From: Takakia lepidozioides
Taxonomy: Eukaryota > Plantae > Bryophyta
Direction of reading: 5' to 3'
Assembly: GCA_030704615.1 (NCBI GenBank)
Contig: CM060731.1
Coordinates: 79,360,001-79,424,000, forward strand
Length of the DNA stretch: 64,000 bases
This document shows positions 1 to 13,220 of the stretch, piece after piece (position 1 is the first letter of the stretch; every line of letters begins with the position of its first letter). Position numbers and translations under genes: made by a program. The notes below the pieces were generated by a model. It saw nothing but the letters and a program-made list of their open reading frames with translations, was not told where the DNA came from and ran no database searches.

Positions 1-862
1 CTCGAGGAGGTTTCTCCTTTTGGGCAACAAACTGCCGTCCAAACCCCCACATTAAAGAGCAATTTAGCAACGCTTACTTCTCCTGTTTGACACTACTTCT
101 ACTGTTTCACAGACATTGCTTGGTACATCACTGATTTCCGTTGGACAAGATATTGTCCATCTCAAGAACTAAGATTTAACCATAAAGAATGTACTCATAA
201 GACTACATTTGCCGGAGCCTTGTGGCCATAAAACCCGCTCCAGTTTGGAGAAATAAAGGGAACAGACACTACCTTTGTGAGGGGCTCACTCCAGTAGTGG
301 GATTACCTTGAAATAAATAATTTGTTCGGGCATCCAGATTTCCTCTAGAAAGCACTTCACAAAAGCATCAATCTGCTGTGTGTGATCTGACAGTAAGACC
401 TCAACAGGGCCAGAGCTTTAGGCTCAGCTTCGAGATTTTGAAAGTTGCTGAACAGAGGTGCAGGAACTTTGTTCTTGATGTTCCTGAAGAGGGTCGCTCT
501 CTGATGAGAATACCCCGGACATTGTATCAGAAAATGGATATTGTATTCAGGCCACCCGCACATCAGGCATTGACAATCTCCCTTTCCTCTCTGCGTCTGT
601 TTATTGTTCAAAGGTAGACTCCCTGCCCTGAATTTAAGTTTCTCTGAACTTGTTTCCAGTCTGTAACATGGGTGAGGACCTGAAGGATAACCTCATGGAC
701 CTACCTACCCTCGGCACTAGACTGAGATTTTATGCCTAACTTTGTATTTAACCATAAAGAGTAGGTTTATGAGGGGATTTTCGCAATGAGTTGAAAGATT
801 GAGTGGTTACACGTGATCTTCCAGCAGCTCCAGGCAGATACCGCTGACCCATTATTCTTCTG

Positions 863-3800
863 AAGATTTCAGTAGCTGGTAGAACAAGCAACAAGAATCT
901 TTACCCTTGGTCCACTAGTGCGTCAAGCAAATTTTTTGTTTTGTAATCTTCCATTCAAACAATATCTCCAAGAAACAATCTTATGGACACAGTACTTCCG
1001 TGGTGAGTAAAAGAGCACTTGCCTGCAAAACTGCCACCAAGACTCTGGAGAGGACAGCATCAGTAGTACAACTTGAAGACAGTCTTTCCACATCAATGGT
1101 AGCATATGCGAGGTCCTTGAATTGTGACACGGAGAAAAGCAGGCCTCAGGACTGATTCAAAGCCTTGCACTGTACCAGATGAGAAAATGTAAATGGGAAA
1201 TTAAGAATCCAAGTAGTGACATTCTGCAGACGCAAAATAATTCTCAGTACGCGGGCCGACTGTATATAAAAGGATGGGACACTAAACTATCACAAGGCAT
1301 GGTGGACTATCTAGCCTCTTGGGATTTCATTGTGGGTTTGCCTGTTCGAAGGAAAAGAGAGACAGCACACAGGCCCTTACATGGGAAACAGACACCACAA
1401 CAGCAAGTACTTTGTCCCTGACACCATCAAGAGCTGCTCGTGTCTTGCGGCAACTGTTGATAAGATCCTGTATTTCTTTCCTCCGTAAGCCTGTGTGAGG
1501 GATATGTGTCAGGCCATTGTCTCCAATGCCTGGAAATAATATGAAGTCACAGTTCCCACCACTTTAAGGTGGGTTGCTAACCAATCTGTCGGCAAATGAT
1601 GGAGTAACAGATTATTAAAGAGTTTGAAGAAAGTTCAGTGAAAGGCACAACGTACGAAACTGAGGCTCTGCTAGAGACATGCGGATACGGTTCCGTGCAA
1701 ACAACCGATTGCGATTAGTCGGGTCTTCCACCCACTCTTGTCCTGCATCTCTGCACACCTGCTCACAATCAGATAGATGCAGTGACTCAGGTTGCTGCTA
1801 GGCTTTTCTATGATCACATGGCACATGACAGCATTTCTCTTAATATGATTAACATCAGAAACTAGTTGGAGTGTCAGGTGGTGCAACCCTCCTCCCAATC
1901 ACCAGTTGCATGGATCTGTTTAATCGCTCTGGTAGCTGCACTGCTGTTTATGGGAAATTGGCTTCAAGGCTTCTCATCAGCCCCACCTATGCCTTGGTTG
2001 TAACTGCTGTCTTGTCATTTTCTGTAGTATTGACACCACCTGAGTTGGGACTTAACAGAATTTCGTATGTTGTCTCTGTGCCCATTCACTTTAGATACTG
2101 TTTTTCTGGGGCATCTGCCTTTCCAGTTCTTATATTGGCTTGCCAAGGTTGTGCGTCAGGTTTTTGGCTTTATTCGTCTCTGGGCTACCTGACAATTTCC
2201 TCAACAAACAAAAAATTAAACAAACAGACAATAGAGAGCTCAAGGCACAAACACTCACTTGATAGAGGTCATCCTTGGAAAGATCCAGCAAAGGCCTGAC
2301 CAAAAGCAACCCTTGATGAACCCTGCATGGGATGCATGGTATGGGCATTCGAGGAAAAATGTATGAGACAAACGCCATGCCAGCTAATCCTGCGATGCCA
2401 CTGCCTCGTGCCAGCCGCATCACAAACAACTCTGCCTGCTCACGTCACCCACATGGCATTTGATCAGCACTCGCAATTTTTGCTTCCTCCCATCCCAGAT
2501 CAAAATCGACCATTTCTCTATGCAACATTCTGTAGTTTATCTTTTAGTTTTCCTGTCTAACTGCCCCAACTATTAGATCAGTCCTCTATTCCACAAACAC
2601 ACACAAGGACTTGGACATTGAAATAGACTAGTCCGTCCTTATAGCAGAAAGGATTGAGCAAACCTGGTCATCAGCATGGTGGGCTGTGAGAAGAATGTCA
2701 ATGGCATGCCTCCTGCATGCCCTTTCCATAAGGGTGTACCTACACTCCAGCACCATCCAGGTTCACACAGATTTAAAAGTGCAGACCAGCTGTAAATGTC
2801 AGCAACCAAAAGGTTCAACTTGATAGAATAAACTGGTCCGTCATCCAGCAGAGAGAGACAGAGCACAATGCCTTCGAAAACACCATAGAAGAGCCTGATA
2901 AGTGCTAGATATTTAATAGGAGATGTGAGACAATAGAGTATAAGAAAGTGAAGCGCGGGACATCTACCTTGCATTCCGTGCAGCTTCTTGCAAATGGCTG
3001 GGTGCAGGAATGCCCTCCACCCACTCACAGCTAAGCACAAGACACTCCATACCTTCACCCCACCCCAATGCTACATTCTTGGTATGTGCAGCTTTAAGGT
3101 TTGGATCGGCAACAAACAACATTCATCTGAGCATCAGTCACTTAAGCTGTGCTGGAGGACATGGCCGGCTCTTAAGGCTCTAGCTGTCCACCAGGCCCCC
3201 TGTGCCAAGTAAGTGGACAAGACATTGAGCATTGAGCATTGCAAGGGACAACTCTAAATCTATAGATGCACGGGCTGCTCTAAATCTGTCTGAGACTAGA
3301 AAATAGACTCTCGAGGCTTATGGAGCCACAATGTCCTCTTATCTCCGAACAAGATGTTCGTATGGTGCAACCAAAATCTGAAAGGCTCCTGCTGATCCCA
3401 TGCTGCAAACACATTGGGTTTTTGAAGCTGGTGTTTACCCAGGCTGGAAACCCGTCGTTGCACGCACAGAGCCTCCATGGCACTCTCTGGCCGTAAGCCA
3501 TGGTCGACCACCATGCCTGTGAGTTTGTTTGTCACCACACCCGATTCATCCCCCATCACAGGCCCTTCACGTTGCCACCAGCGTACTGCTAATATGCAGA
3601 GGGCCATGCTGTCAGGCCCACCTGACACTGCAATCCCTACATTTCACCAATTTGCCTTCAGTCCACCTCTTCAGCATTTCTTCTTCTTTTCTGTGCGGCT
3701 CTCAAACACACTTAGAATAGAACAACAAGAAAATCATACCAAAAGACTCCGAATGTGGCTCGGAAAGCATCCATGATCGATTTTCCGAGTTTCTTCCATT

Positions 3801-4506
3801 CCTTCCTTCTTTCTTCTTATCTATCTGTGCCTTTTTAGCAGGTTGACCTTCAATCGAGCTAACAAATTTATAAACAAGCGAATTGGGCCATGATGATAAT
3901 CTTCCCTTAACTAGGAGAGGTCAAGATGAAATTACTGCCCCACCATAACGTAAAAGCTACCGCTTCCTAAATGAAACGAAATTATTCGCAAGACAAACTA
4001 ACATGCATCTTCGCCTCCCACCAATTGGCTAACCTGATAGATGCCTGTCTTTGAAGTCTCACAAGCCTACAAGAATCTTCCCTTAACTGGGAGAGGTCAA
4101 GATGAAATTACTGCCCCACCATAAACGTAAAAGCTACAGCTTCCTGAATGAAATGAAATTATTCGCAAGACAAACTATGCATCTTCGCCTCCCACCAATT
4201 GGCTAACCTGATAGATGCCTGTCTTTGAAGTCTCACAAGTCTACACGAAACTCTCGAAGCCACCAGAACTCCACAAATAAAGCTTTGGACTGTAGGAAGC
4301 ACACTTTAAGAAAAAAAATCAAGAATGCAAACCCTCCAGAAGTCCATTTGAAAATATTTTGATCATATCTTAAGAAACATTCGAGATTGCAACTTACCAA
4401 TGCGATCACGGGTCGTGATTCCCGCCATCATCATCCTCTTCGCGAAGACGCCATCAGCGTCCAAAGCCTCATCTTGCTGTCGATAACCTTCCTGACGTTG
4501 GCTCAT
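863..4506 (-). CDS. tilS: Spliced organellar tRNA(Ile)-lysidine synthase (TilS / RASPBERRY3-like); 3' end not resolved and may extend toward or beyond position 1
   Basis: Exons joined at GT-AG sites: 4398-4506 (MSQRQ...FAKRMMMAGITTRDRI), 3439-3636 (GIAVSGGPDSMAL PP-loop; VVDHGLRPES), 2968-3052 (HLQEAARNAR), 2664-2739 (YTLMERAC...LLTAHHADDQ), 2259-2435 (AELFVMRLARGSGIAGLAGM...VRPLL), ~1656-1758 (QEWVEDPTNRNRLFARNRIR), ~1380-1490. These are the canonical TilS motifs in order. Confidence 0.92.
3898..4245. repeat. Tandem duplication (~175 bp x2) in TilS intron 1
   Basis: tcttcccttaact(a/g)ggagaggtcaagatgaaattactgcc...gaagtctcacaag occurs twice head-to-tail (~3900 and ~4076). Confidence 0.9.
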
Positions 4507-4644
4507 CCCCGAAGAAATCTGAGGTGTGCCCACCACCATCGTAGAGCTCCCTTGGCTCCCTTGGCTGCTTTCAAGGGTTTAGGGCTTAGGACTGAGGGGC
4601 GTTACCACACGAGCGGCACTGGAAGCAAACGCGAGAATATGATT

Positions 4645-7482
4645 GGGGTGGACAAACCTATAATGGTTACTTACCGAAATGTGACCCCTATAAATATTTG
4701 TTAAATGGCTCAATTGTGAATTCAAAAACGTCCTTTCAGACCTGCTGATCCGAATTACATTCATGACATGGCAATTCATTAGTCGCTGGAAACTACATAC
4801 ATGCACGATAAAGATCAGAGGTATTAAAGTGGCTGATCTGTTCGACATTTATTGCTGGTTCAAAACAAAGGAGCGTGCGGGTTATATTTGGGGATGCATT
4901 AAGTCGTTTTGGCAAATGCATAGTGTTAGGAAACCGGAGCAAGTGGCCCAGGATTCAAACAAGTCGTCGTTGATAATTGCAACAAAGTGGTTAGTTAGTG
5001 TGATTGATCATAGATTCAAATTTGCAAGCAAACTGTTAAACGCAGAATAGCGGATGATTTGGAGTGAGATTTGTGCGGGTAACTTTTGTAGTTTGAAGTA
5101 CGCTTTCAGATCAGCAGGAAATGGGATCGTCGTTCAGGATTGTAGATGCATTTCGTTTGCTTCTTGATACAAAGTTAACAGGAGATTATGAGGAAAATCA
5201 CGTCGAACTTAGTGAGAGTAAGAATGATTCTAGCAGACACAGACCCACAAATTCACGCTTGAATGAAAACGAAAGCTATGACATTTGGGGAGAAGTGGAC
5301 CCCAATTACGATTGGGCTCAAGATCTGGAGGATCATTCCCAAGTGCACTTCCAATGCGGTCAAGGAGACGGACTATTTGATCATATCAACGAGCAAAGTC
5401 AATCGGTCCCATGAGCTCCAATTAGCAGCGATGAATGGAATCGTTCAGGAGGTGCATCGCCGGCAAGAAACGATGAACCTCCTACACCGCACCGGAAGCA
5501 ATGGAGTCAAGTAGGACCGCAAAGGAAAAATGGGAATTGGACGGATTTCTAACTGAGCTATGATGAGTGCACATGATCATGGAATGCCGATTCGGACTGC
5601 GGCGCGACAGTTTGGGGTACCTGTGACGTCGTTGCATAATCATCTCTATGGAATCACCACTACCTAGCAAAAAACGTGGAATCAAATGGACACTCACAGA
5701 GACGGAAGAAACAGAACTGGTAAATTATATTGAAAAATTGCAGCTGATTGGACATCCTCTTACTCTCCCTCAATTAAGATTGAAAGTTGCAGAGATCTGT
5801 CAAGAGCGTATAACACCATTCAAAAACGGCATCGCTGGCTGGGGCTGGCTCCGTTGGTTCAAACGTAGAAATCCTCAATTGGCGTTACGTGTATCACAAG
5901 GATTAAAACCTAGTCGGGCGAAGAAATTGTGTCCATCTAATGTGGCAACGTTTTACAAGAATCTTACTATGTTTTATAAGCTGGACAAATACACAGGATA
6001 AAATATGGAATTGTGACGAGTCAGGGGCCAGGCAAGGCAAAATGGAGGAGCATTGGTTCTTGCGAAGAAAGGGTCCCGCACGTCCATAATGCCATATGAA
6101 AGGGAATGGTTGTCGGTGCTATCATGCATGAATGCTGAGGAATTTCTATATTTTCAAGGGGAAGAGGTTCAGACGTAACTATATTTTCAAGTGTGAAAGT
6201 GGTGCTACGATGGCCATGCAACTGAAGGCCTGGATGATGGGTTTTCTCTTCATGAAATGGATCGCCTATTTTATCAAAGCAGCACAGAAGGTTGGCAATC
6301 CAATTACTCCAAAGAACAGACACTTATGGACGGTCATAACAACCATGTTACCAGGTCATTAAACAAGCGAAAGCCGTGGGGCTGGATCTCATCACGCTCC
6401 CCTCACACACCTCCCATGCACTCCAGCCTCTTGATCTCTCAGTGTTTAAACCTTTCAAAACAACATTTAGGGCTTACCGTGACGTTTGGACGTTGGCACA
6501 CAAAGGAGACACACTCTTGAAAGAGGATCTTGCACATTGGGTTTCACTAGCTTTGAAAAAATCGATGCGTCTTGAAAATGTAAAAAAAGGTTTTGCCGCC
6601 ACTGGGATCTGGCCTCTCAATTTGGATGCCATGCACGCGAACTGAATAAGCAAAAGCATGCTCTCGATAAGGTGGAAAAAGAGGAACTGAAGCGCAAAAA
6701 GGTGGAGGAGCGGGAGGCCAGAAAACAGTTCAATAATCTCTGGTCCGCCAAAAATTGTTCAGCGATTGGAGAGCGTCTTCATGCTGCCATCCGATCTGAC
6801 GTTTCCATTCCTACCACAGCTTACCGAGGAGTTTTCTGTGGACCATAACATGAAAGTGGCAATTCAAAAACAAAACGTGAAGAAGGCTCTAGATACATTA
6901 GGGTTCATCCTTATCGAACCTCCATGGGTTTATAGGAGTGTAAGCAGAGCCGGTGATTGTTGAGAAGCTGATCAGTTTTGGGATCAAATGGTTCTCATGA
7001 TGAAGGTTTGTTTATTCTCCAATAGCGATTAGTTTTGAAGATCATGAATGGTCGTTTTCAATGAGTCCCAGCCCTAGGGACACGTCTCGTAGTCATCGAG
7101 GACGCTTTGTTAGCGTAGTCAGATTACTTAAAGCTTAGTAAATTATGTAACTGATGAGTAGTTTAACTAAATGACATGGCCCATATTACTATGCAGCGTA
7201 ATCAGTAAAGTGAAAGATGATGCACACCTTTTGGGCCCCATGCGCTCCTGATTGAGTGCACTTGTTGTTCAAAATAGTGCCCCCTATTGGTCCATTCAAG
7301 GATTATTATGTGTTTTCACATTGAATATTCACCAATATTCCGTATTACTTCGGATATTTCTTTTTAAAAAAATCAATAAATTTCATTTTCTTGTGCCCAC
7401 AGCGGAAAAATATATATGACGACACTGCACAGCTGAAATTGCCTGCATTTCTTAAAAGAGCCATTATAGGTTTGTCTACCTT
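4645..7482 (+). mobile_element. DNA transposon with 22-bp TIRs carrying a decayed pogo/Tc5-type transposase
   Basis: Left TIR ggggtggacaaacctataatgg (4645-4666); right ccattataggtttgtctacctt (7461-7482, 19/22 match to the reverse complement); 'att' on both flanks. Confidence 0.8.
5520..6960 (+). pseudogene. Disrupted pogo/CENP-B-like DDE_1 transposase
   Basis: Psq-like HTH (GMPIRTAARQF.GVPVTSL), Tc5 HTH (EETELVNYI...GWGWLRWFKRRNPQL), IWNCDESG, MDGHNNH and LPSHTSHALQPLDLSVFKPFK...GFAATGIWPLN, split by stops and frameshifts. Confidence 0.88.
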
Positions 7483-7979
7483 ATTTGTGGGTCTTTGTGC
7501 TCACGTGAGTTAAGTTTGGGACGATTAATTTCATAAGTTTTTGTCGTGTGAGCACGGTTTTCAGATAGTTTTCCGCGTGAGCACATTTTGGTTTCGCTAT
7601 TGCATATTCATCTGTACTCTTTAGATCCAAGTGATGGTGCGGATTTGAATGAGTTTGTGGCTAATGAAATTTTCCTTGGGTCCGGCATTTGACTTATGTA
7701 TGGAATGTTATTTGTGTACATGCTTTGAAATTCTACAATTATATAAAAAGACAATTTAAAATAGGGTCTAATTAATTGTTGCAATATATATATATATATA
7801 GGGTATTATGAAACAAATGGTTTTACAATATTACCTAGAGATAGGGTGGAAAAAAATGCAAAATTTTAAAAATATAGCCTAGTATAAATATACCTTTGTA
7901 CGCACGTGATATGGAAAAAATATATATAATGACCCCCAAGCTATATTTGAAACTCTCTCACAATTACCTCGTTCCCACC

Positions 7980-9298
7980 TCCATACTACATTTTCACGGA
8001 CAGCCTAACCTCACTCTTTATAGTTCGTAACCACCTTGCTTGTCTTTCTTCCCACCACCACCACCCCGATCGAAACCTTATCTCCGCAATTATCAATCTC
8101 GCTATCTCCATCGATAAAACATTCATTTTCTCAAAGTTCGATCACATATTGGTATTAACGGCAACGAGGAGGTAGACCTCCTCGCCCAGCTGGGGGCCTC
8201 CAAACCCCCAGTTGAACCTTCGGCCGAACCCATTCACATTGCTCATGCATATCCTTTTTGGCTAATTCACCCAGTACCTCGCCCCCAGAACCCCGGCCAA
8301 CCTTCTTACTACCATGAATAAAGAAGCCAACAAACAAGCCTCAGCTTCTCTCAGCCACACCAAACTACATATCCAAAAATGGACCCATTCCACTGTACTC
8401 CACCACAAACTGTCAAACCACTACTGACAAAGCCGCATCTGACGCACAAATACGACAGACACTTAAATTCACATACGCCCAGTACATGGGCCATCAGCGA
8501 AAGCACACCTTCTGGCCAACCATATTCCCATCCCCGCACTGCCCACTTTGCTCCCACATCCACGCGACACGCGATACCTGGCCCCATCTTCTTAGCGAAT
8601 GTCCCCACCCCGTCATATACGGGCTCCGTATTGCTCGACATAACCACGTCGTATGGAATATCCATAAACTCCTATTACGACGTAATGAAACTGATGGTTT
8701 TCACTCATCAATGCTTGCACTTACCAAGGCCAGCCCTCGGATCATACGGTACCTACATGGCTACTTCTTTGTGTATGCCGACCTCACACATCATACATAT
8801 GCCCTGCCAGATTCTGCCCAGATATCCTCTTCATCCAGGGACTTCCCATTAGCGTCCCTCACCCACTGACCCATCCCCAGCCATCACCATACATTTCATA
8901 TACCGTCACAACCACTTCCTCAGCTCCTCCATCCTCGATAAATGCCAAAAATATGCACAACTTATCCTTATTACCGCCGGCGGGGATGGGCCACAGGCCC
9001 TCTTATTGTCATCACTACCGGCACCAGAGAGGACATCCATAATGCCAGCATCTCTGCACTTCAAAACAACTTTAAACCCCCCATCACTTCTATCCATAAA
9101 TGCTTTAAAGCCATACACCTCATAGCACTCCGTCTTTCACTGCTATCATTACCAACAAACGACAGCTTGAATTTAATCCTCTTCTTGCTTCCTAGGTATC
9201 TTGGGCGCCTTTGGGGACCCGTTGGGTACCATGTGGTACCCTTAGCTTCCGGGTACCATCCCTCAGTCGGTCACTAGGTGTCCTCTGGACACCAGTTT
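7980..9298 (+). mobile_element. 5'-truncated non-LTR retrotransposon with RNase H and CCHC-RHN (RLE-type) C-terminus; Dualen/RandI-like
   Basis: RNase H motifs IFTDSLTSL...KVRSHIGINGNEEVDLLA at ~7990-8190; CPLC..DTWPHLLSECPHPVIYGLRIARHN at ~8540-8650; palindrome-rich 3' end at ~9220-9298. Confidence 0.7.
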
Positions 9299-9304
9299 TC
9301 ACAT

Positions 9305-11380
9305 AGGGCCCACCCCTGAAAAGAGGTAGGAGCCGTAAGGCGAAGTGGCTCTTCGTTACATCAGCTTCGGCTGGAGTCTTCTCTCTTTGGTGTTAGAAAT
9401 GCAGCAATCGCAGATCACACTGCAGAGGAATATGTTAGAACAGTAGATGATCACATGGCAGAGGGTGTCAAAGCGATAGAGGATTATCCGACAGAGGATC
9501 ATACTACAGAGGATGTCAAAGCAAGAATAGATCATACTCCCGGGGAAGTCACTCTCTATCACTTGTATATGATACATGAGATAAATATGGGTATTTTGTA
9601 GGGGGGTATTACTTTTATTTTGGGTACTTTTTAGTATCCTATAATTACATAATTTTGTAATATGGTGAATTTTTTATATGCTATTTTAATTATATTTTAT
9701 TATTTTGAACAAATATTAAACACCCTATATTAATAATACAATAAAATAAATTCCCTCGAAGCTTCTCCTCGTCTCTGTCAGCCCCTGGCCCTCCTCGTAT
9801 TCTGTCTACCACTGCTACTTCTCGTGCTTCCAATCGACCATCTACCCAAACAGGTTTCTCGTAGCTATCAATCCACATGGATTCGAAAGTAATCTTGTGT
9901 TTAAAATCCGTCCCGCATGGATGACAATTGACGGGGAACTCCCTCCCTTACCATTAGAAAAAGGGGAAACCCCCGTGCTCAAACCCCTCCCTTACCATTA
10001 CTAGATGCTAAATTCTAAATGCACGAGACGTATCCACGGACTAATCACTGGACGACACGTATCCACATGTATTATGTCAATCCTATAGTAATCTTAATTG
10101 TTTTTCAAAAATGAGTCATTATTTTAAACCCTATATACATTTAAATTCCCTAATCACAATATACTGTACCCATTATTAATTTTAAATATTTTCAAATTTT
10201 TATCTTTTCAAAATAAATTACACCCTATATTTTTTTGCACATCGGTTGGAAATATTTGGAAGTGACTTCCTGGGATCATACTACAGAGGGTATCAAGTGG
10301 AAGAAGATCACACTACAAAAGAATATCGTTCGACTAGGTACGTACTACGTATCTCATTAATAGATATAGCAAAACTCTTTGAAGTTGGGTAATAAAACTT
10401 TTTGTTCTTGATTGTTTAATCTTGTTATTGGGTAGATGCAGACTAGATTGGCAATTTGCAGTTTTCGACTGACTGCTTGTCATATTACTCTTCACCCTAT
10501 ACATATAAGTATATATTCATAGCAAATGGACTTAAAATGGGTTAGTCACTTACCATATGTACATGTGGGTACAATTATTTTGGAATTTGGAAGAAATCTC
10601 ATGAAGCTATGGACTTTTGCAAGGAATTGTCAGAGTCCCTCTATTGTCCCAAATGCTATCTGAAAAACCTATTTGTGCAAACCAATTCATTATATGGACT
10701 TTACAACTAGATACACAATGTTTGAATAGACACAAATATAAATTTGTGAACAATTCCATCCATCCATCAAGACACACTATAGACTTTTTTGTACAAAAAA
10801 AAACCCCAAAATGACGATTTGTCCATAGCATTTCTGAAAAATTGGGTGGATTTCTTTGCTAAGAATATATAGCAAATATATATTGTTATTGTCTCTAGGA
10901 GCTTATTGTTATATGGACAAATTTCATAAACTACAAGATAATAATAAATAGCTATTATTTCTAAATAAAATAAAAATATTTAAATATATAAAATAAAAAT
11001 ATCTCAAATATTTGCTAAGTATAATTAGTATACCATCACCTATGAAGATAAAATATATTTGAACAAATATCTTTAATTAAAATTTAATTAATTTTTTCTC
11101 AAGGACTTTCAGTGGAGGCACCTTCCGCTTTTTGAGCCAGTGTAGTTTGTACTTACCCTATTGTTTGTGTTATTCAACAATCTTTGAGCGGGGGATCACA
11201 CTGCATAGGATGTCAGAGCGGCAAACGACGCAGATTACACTGCAGAGGATATCAAATATCCACAATGGTTGAAGCTACTGTTGAGACATGTATGACCAGA
11301 GAGAGAAGACTCCGGCCGAAACCGGCGAAACTAAGAGCCACTTCACCTCTCGGCTACTGCCCCTTTCGGAGGTGGCTACG
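9305..11380. mobile_element. Non-autonomous element with ~85-bp diverged terminal inverted repeats and internal gatca(c/t)actgcagagga repeats
   Basis: 9310-9392 (...gaagtggctcttcg...ttcggctggagtcttctctct) is the approximate reverse complement of 11296-11377; repeat unit at ~9412-9540, ~10275-10320 and ~11193-11255. Confidence 0.6.
9760..9915 (-). pseudogene. Captured fragment of an OSB-type PDF-motif exon
   Basis: Translates to TDFKHKITFESMWIDSYEKPVWVDGRLEA; homologous to 26570-26680 and 50540-50650. Confidence 0.75.
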
Positions 11381-13154
11381 TACGATCGTATTTAGCTGAG
11401 TGTGTTACTGCCATTGCCAAGCCATGTTGCTATGGGAATTTGTGGGAATCATAGTATAGACATCATATGCTTGGTAATGTTGGGGAGTGTGCTGGACCAT
11501 GAAGTTCGAGAGCCCATCAACATGTAGTCATTATTTCCGATTTGTGACATAAAAGAGTGCATTTGTAAAAATTTGATTCGTCTGGACTAGGCCAACTTGA
11601 CTGATAGCCAAGTAGCCCACTAAAGTGTGGGGTCCCAAATTTGCCCCCAAATCCTTGAGTTGACTAAGACGTGGCAGATAGAAAGCTTCCCCGGAATGGG
11701 GTGTCTGACATGTGTGAGCCCGCCGCCATGCAACTGCCATGGGTCCCACCCAGTGGCTGTCCCGCGCATTTGAGGGTGTCAAGTGGGCCCGGCGCTATCC
11801 ATCCGCCATGTGTCCTACCGTTTCATTGGCTCTGGAAGGCATTGCCCCTAAATTAGTTTCAACTCCACCGGTTTCAGGCAAGACCATATTTTCTACGAAA
11901 AACCTAATATGTACTTGAAGTATCATGAAATACAAAAATTCCAAGTGTCTTGGATTTCTATGCTCACTTGCATGATTGAACCTGAGGGATTCCAAAATGG
12001 TAAAAATAAATATACTCACTTTGCTTGATGGTAACCATTTTCAAGCTCTTTGCCATGGAGGGTGTTGTGAACCCCCTTCAATTCACTTCCAAAGGAGCCA
12101 CCATGTAGATTACTTAGTTTTAGTATATACTATACGTAACCGGTTTCGGTGTCTATTTCTGGGTGTTGTAGAGGCCCGTTCCTGTACAGTAACGGCAGGG
12201 CACAAACAAGGGGTTGTGTGGACCCCGCACTAAGCATTTTTGGGAACAACAATGAGACATGACCTTATGTACTATCAGCATGGTGGAAACACCAATTACG
12301 CTCTAGAACAGGCCTCGGTAGACCCATCGGTTCGGCAGGCTCACCCTATCAGTGACATAGAACAGTTATATACGTCGTCCAGAACATTGAATTTTGAGAA
12401 ATGACACCTTATTGCGAATACGTGCCACATACTTGTACAAATTTATACTGAATCTTTTTAGTAGCTGCTCGGTCTCCTTCCCCCCCCCCCCCCCACATTC
12501 GATTTTATTGTTTCATTCATAAAAATTATATTGGATCTATTATTTCCTTATCAATAGCAATAAGAGTTGCTAACTAAATCTAACTACCTCATGAATAACA
12601 GATTCTACTAGCATCGACTGATCTAGGCTTGCAACCTGCAATCAGAAATTCACCACTTGCACAAAGCATTAGCACCAGCCTAAATGAGAACTTTAAATCG
12701 CGCATTACACAAAATAAATATCAGCGAAACATCTGAACCGGAGCATCTACACAATCAATCATTACTCCTCATGATTATTAGTAGCATTTTTAAGAGTTGT
12801 TCTTGAAACACTCAATGCGTAGGTAGATCACAAATCATGATCAGTATAGTTAAAGACGAGCTACAAAGAGCATGTACAATATACAAACAAAATAAAAAAT
12901 ACGATAGAGAGCATAATATGTGTACATAGACCATACAGACAAAGAAAACTCATCTCGGCCGTACGATCTATCAGCATCAACGGGTACCTGCTCTCGATTC
13001 TAGGGTTTCATAGGGATAATCTTAGCCATACGTTCTCCTAAGAATCGACAGTGGGGAACACCGGTTACGCTCTGGAAGGGGCCTGGTAGGCATCTGTTCT
13101 ACCTGGGTGGTCGGTCGACCACCCGTGGAACGGGCGGAACGGGCTCGACCACAT

Positions 13155-13220
13155 TTTTTCCTCCCACTATAATTAAGGGGCCTGATTTGTGAGCTGTTGC
13201 TCCCAGCTGTTTCCCTTTAA
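13155..13220 (+). mobile_element. 3' remnant of the SINE family seen at 22166-22404
   Basis: ggggcctgatttgtgagct(g/a)t(t/c)gctcccag.tgtttccctt matches the reverse complement of 22190-22232. Confidence 0.65.

Noticed and set aside
4574-4590. Telo-box upstream of TilS
   Set aside because: Only imperfect matches (AAACCCTT, AAGCCCTA); not supportable alone.
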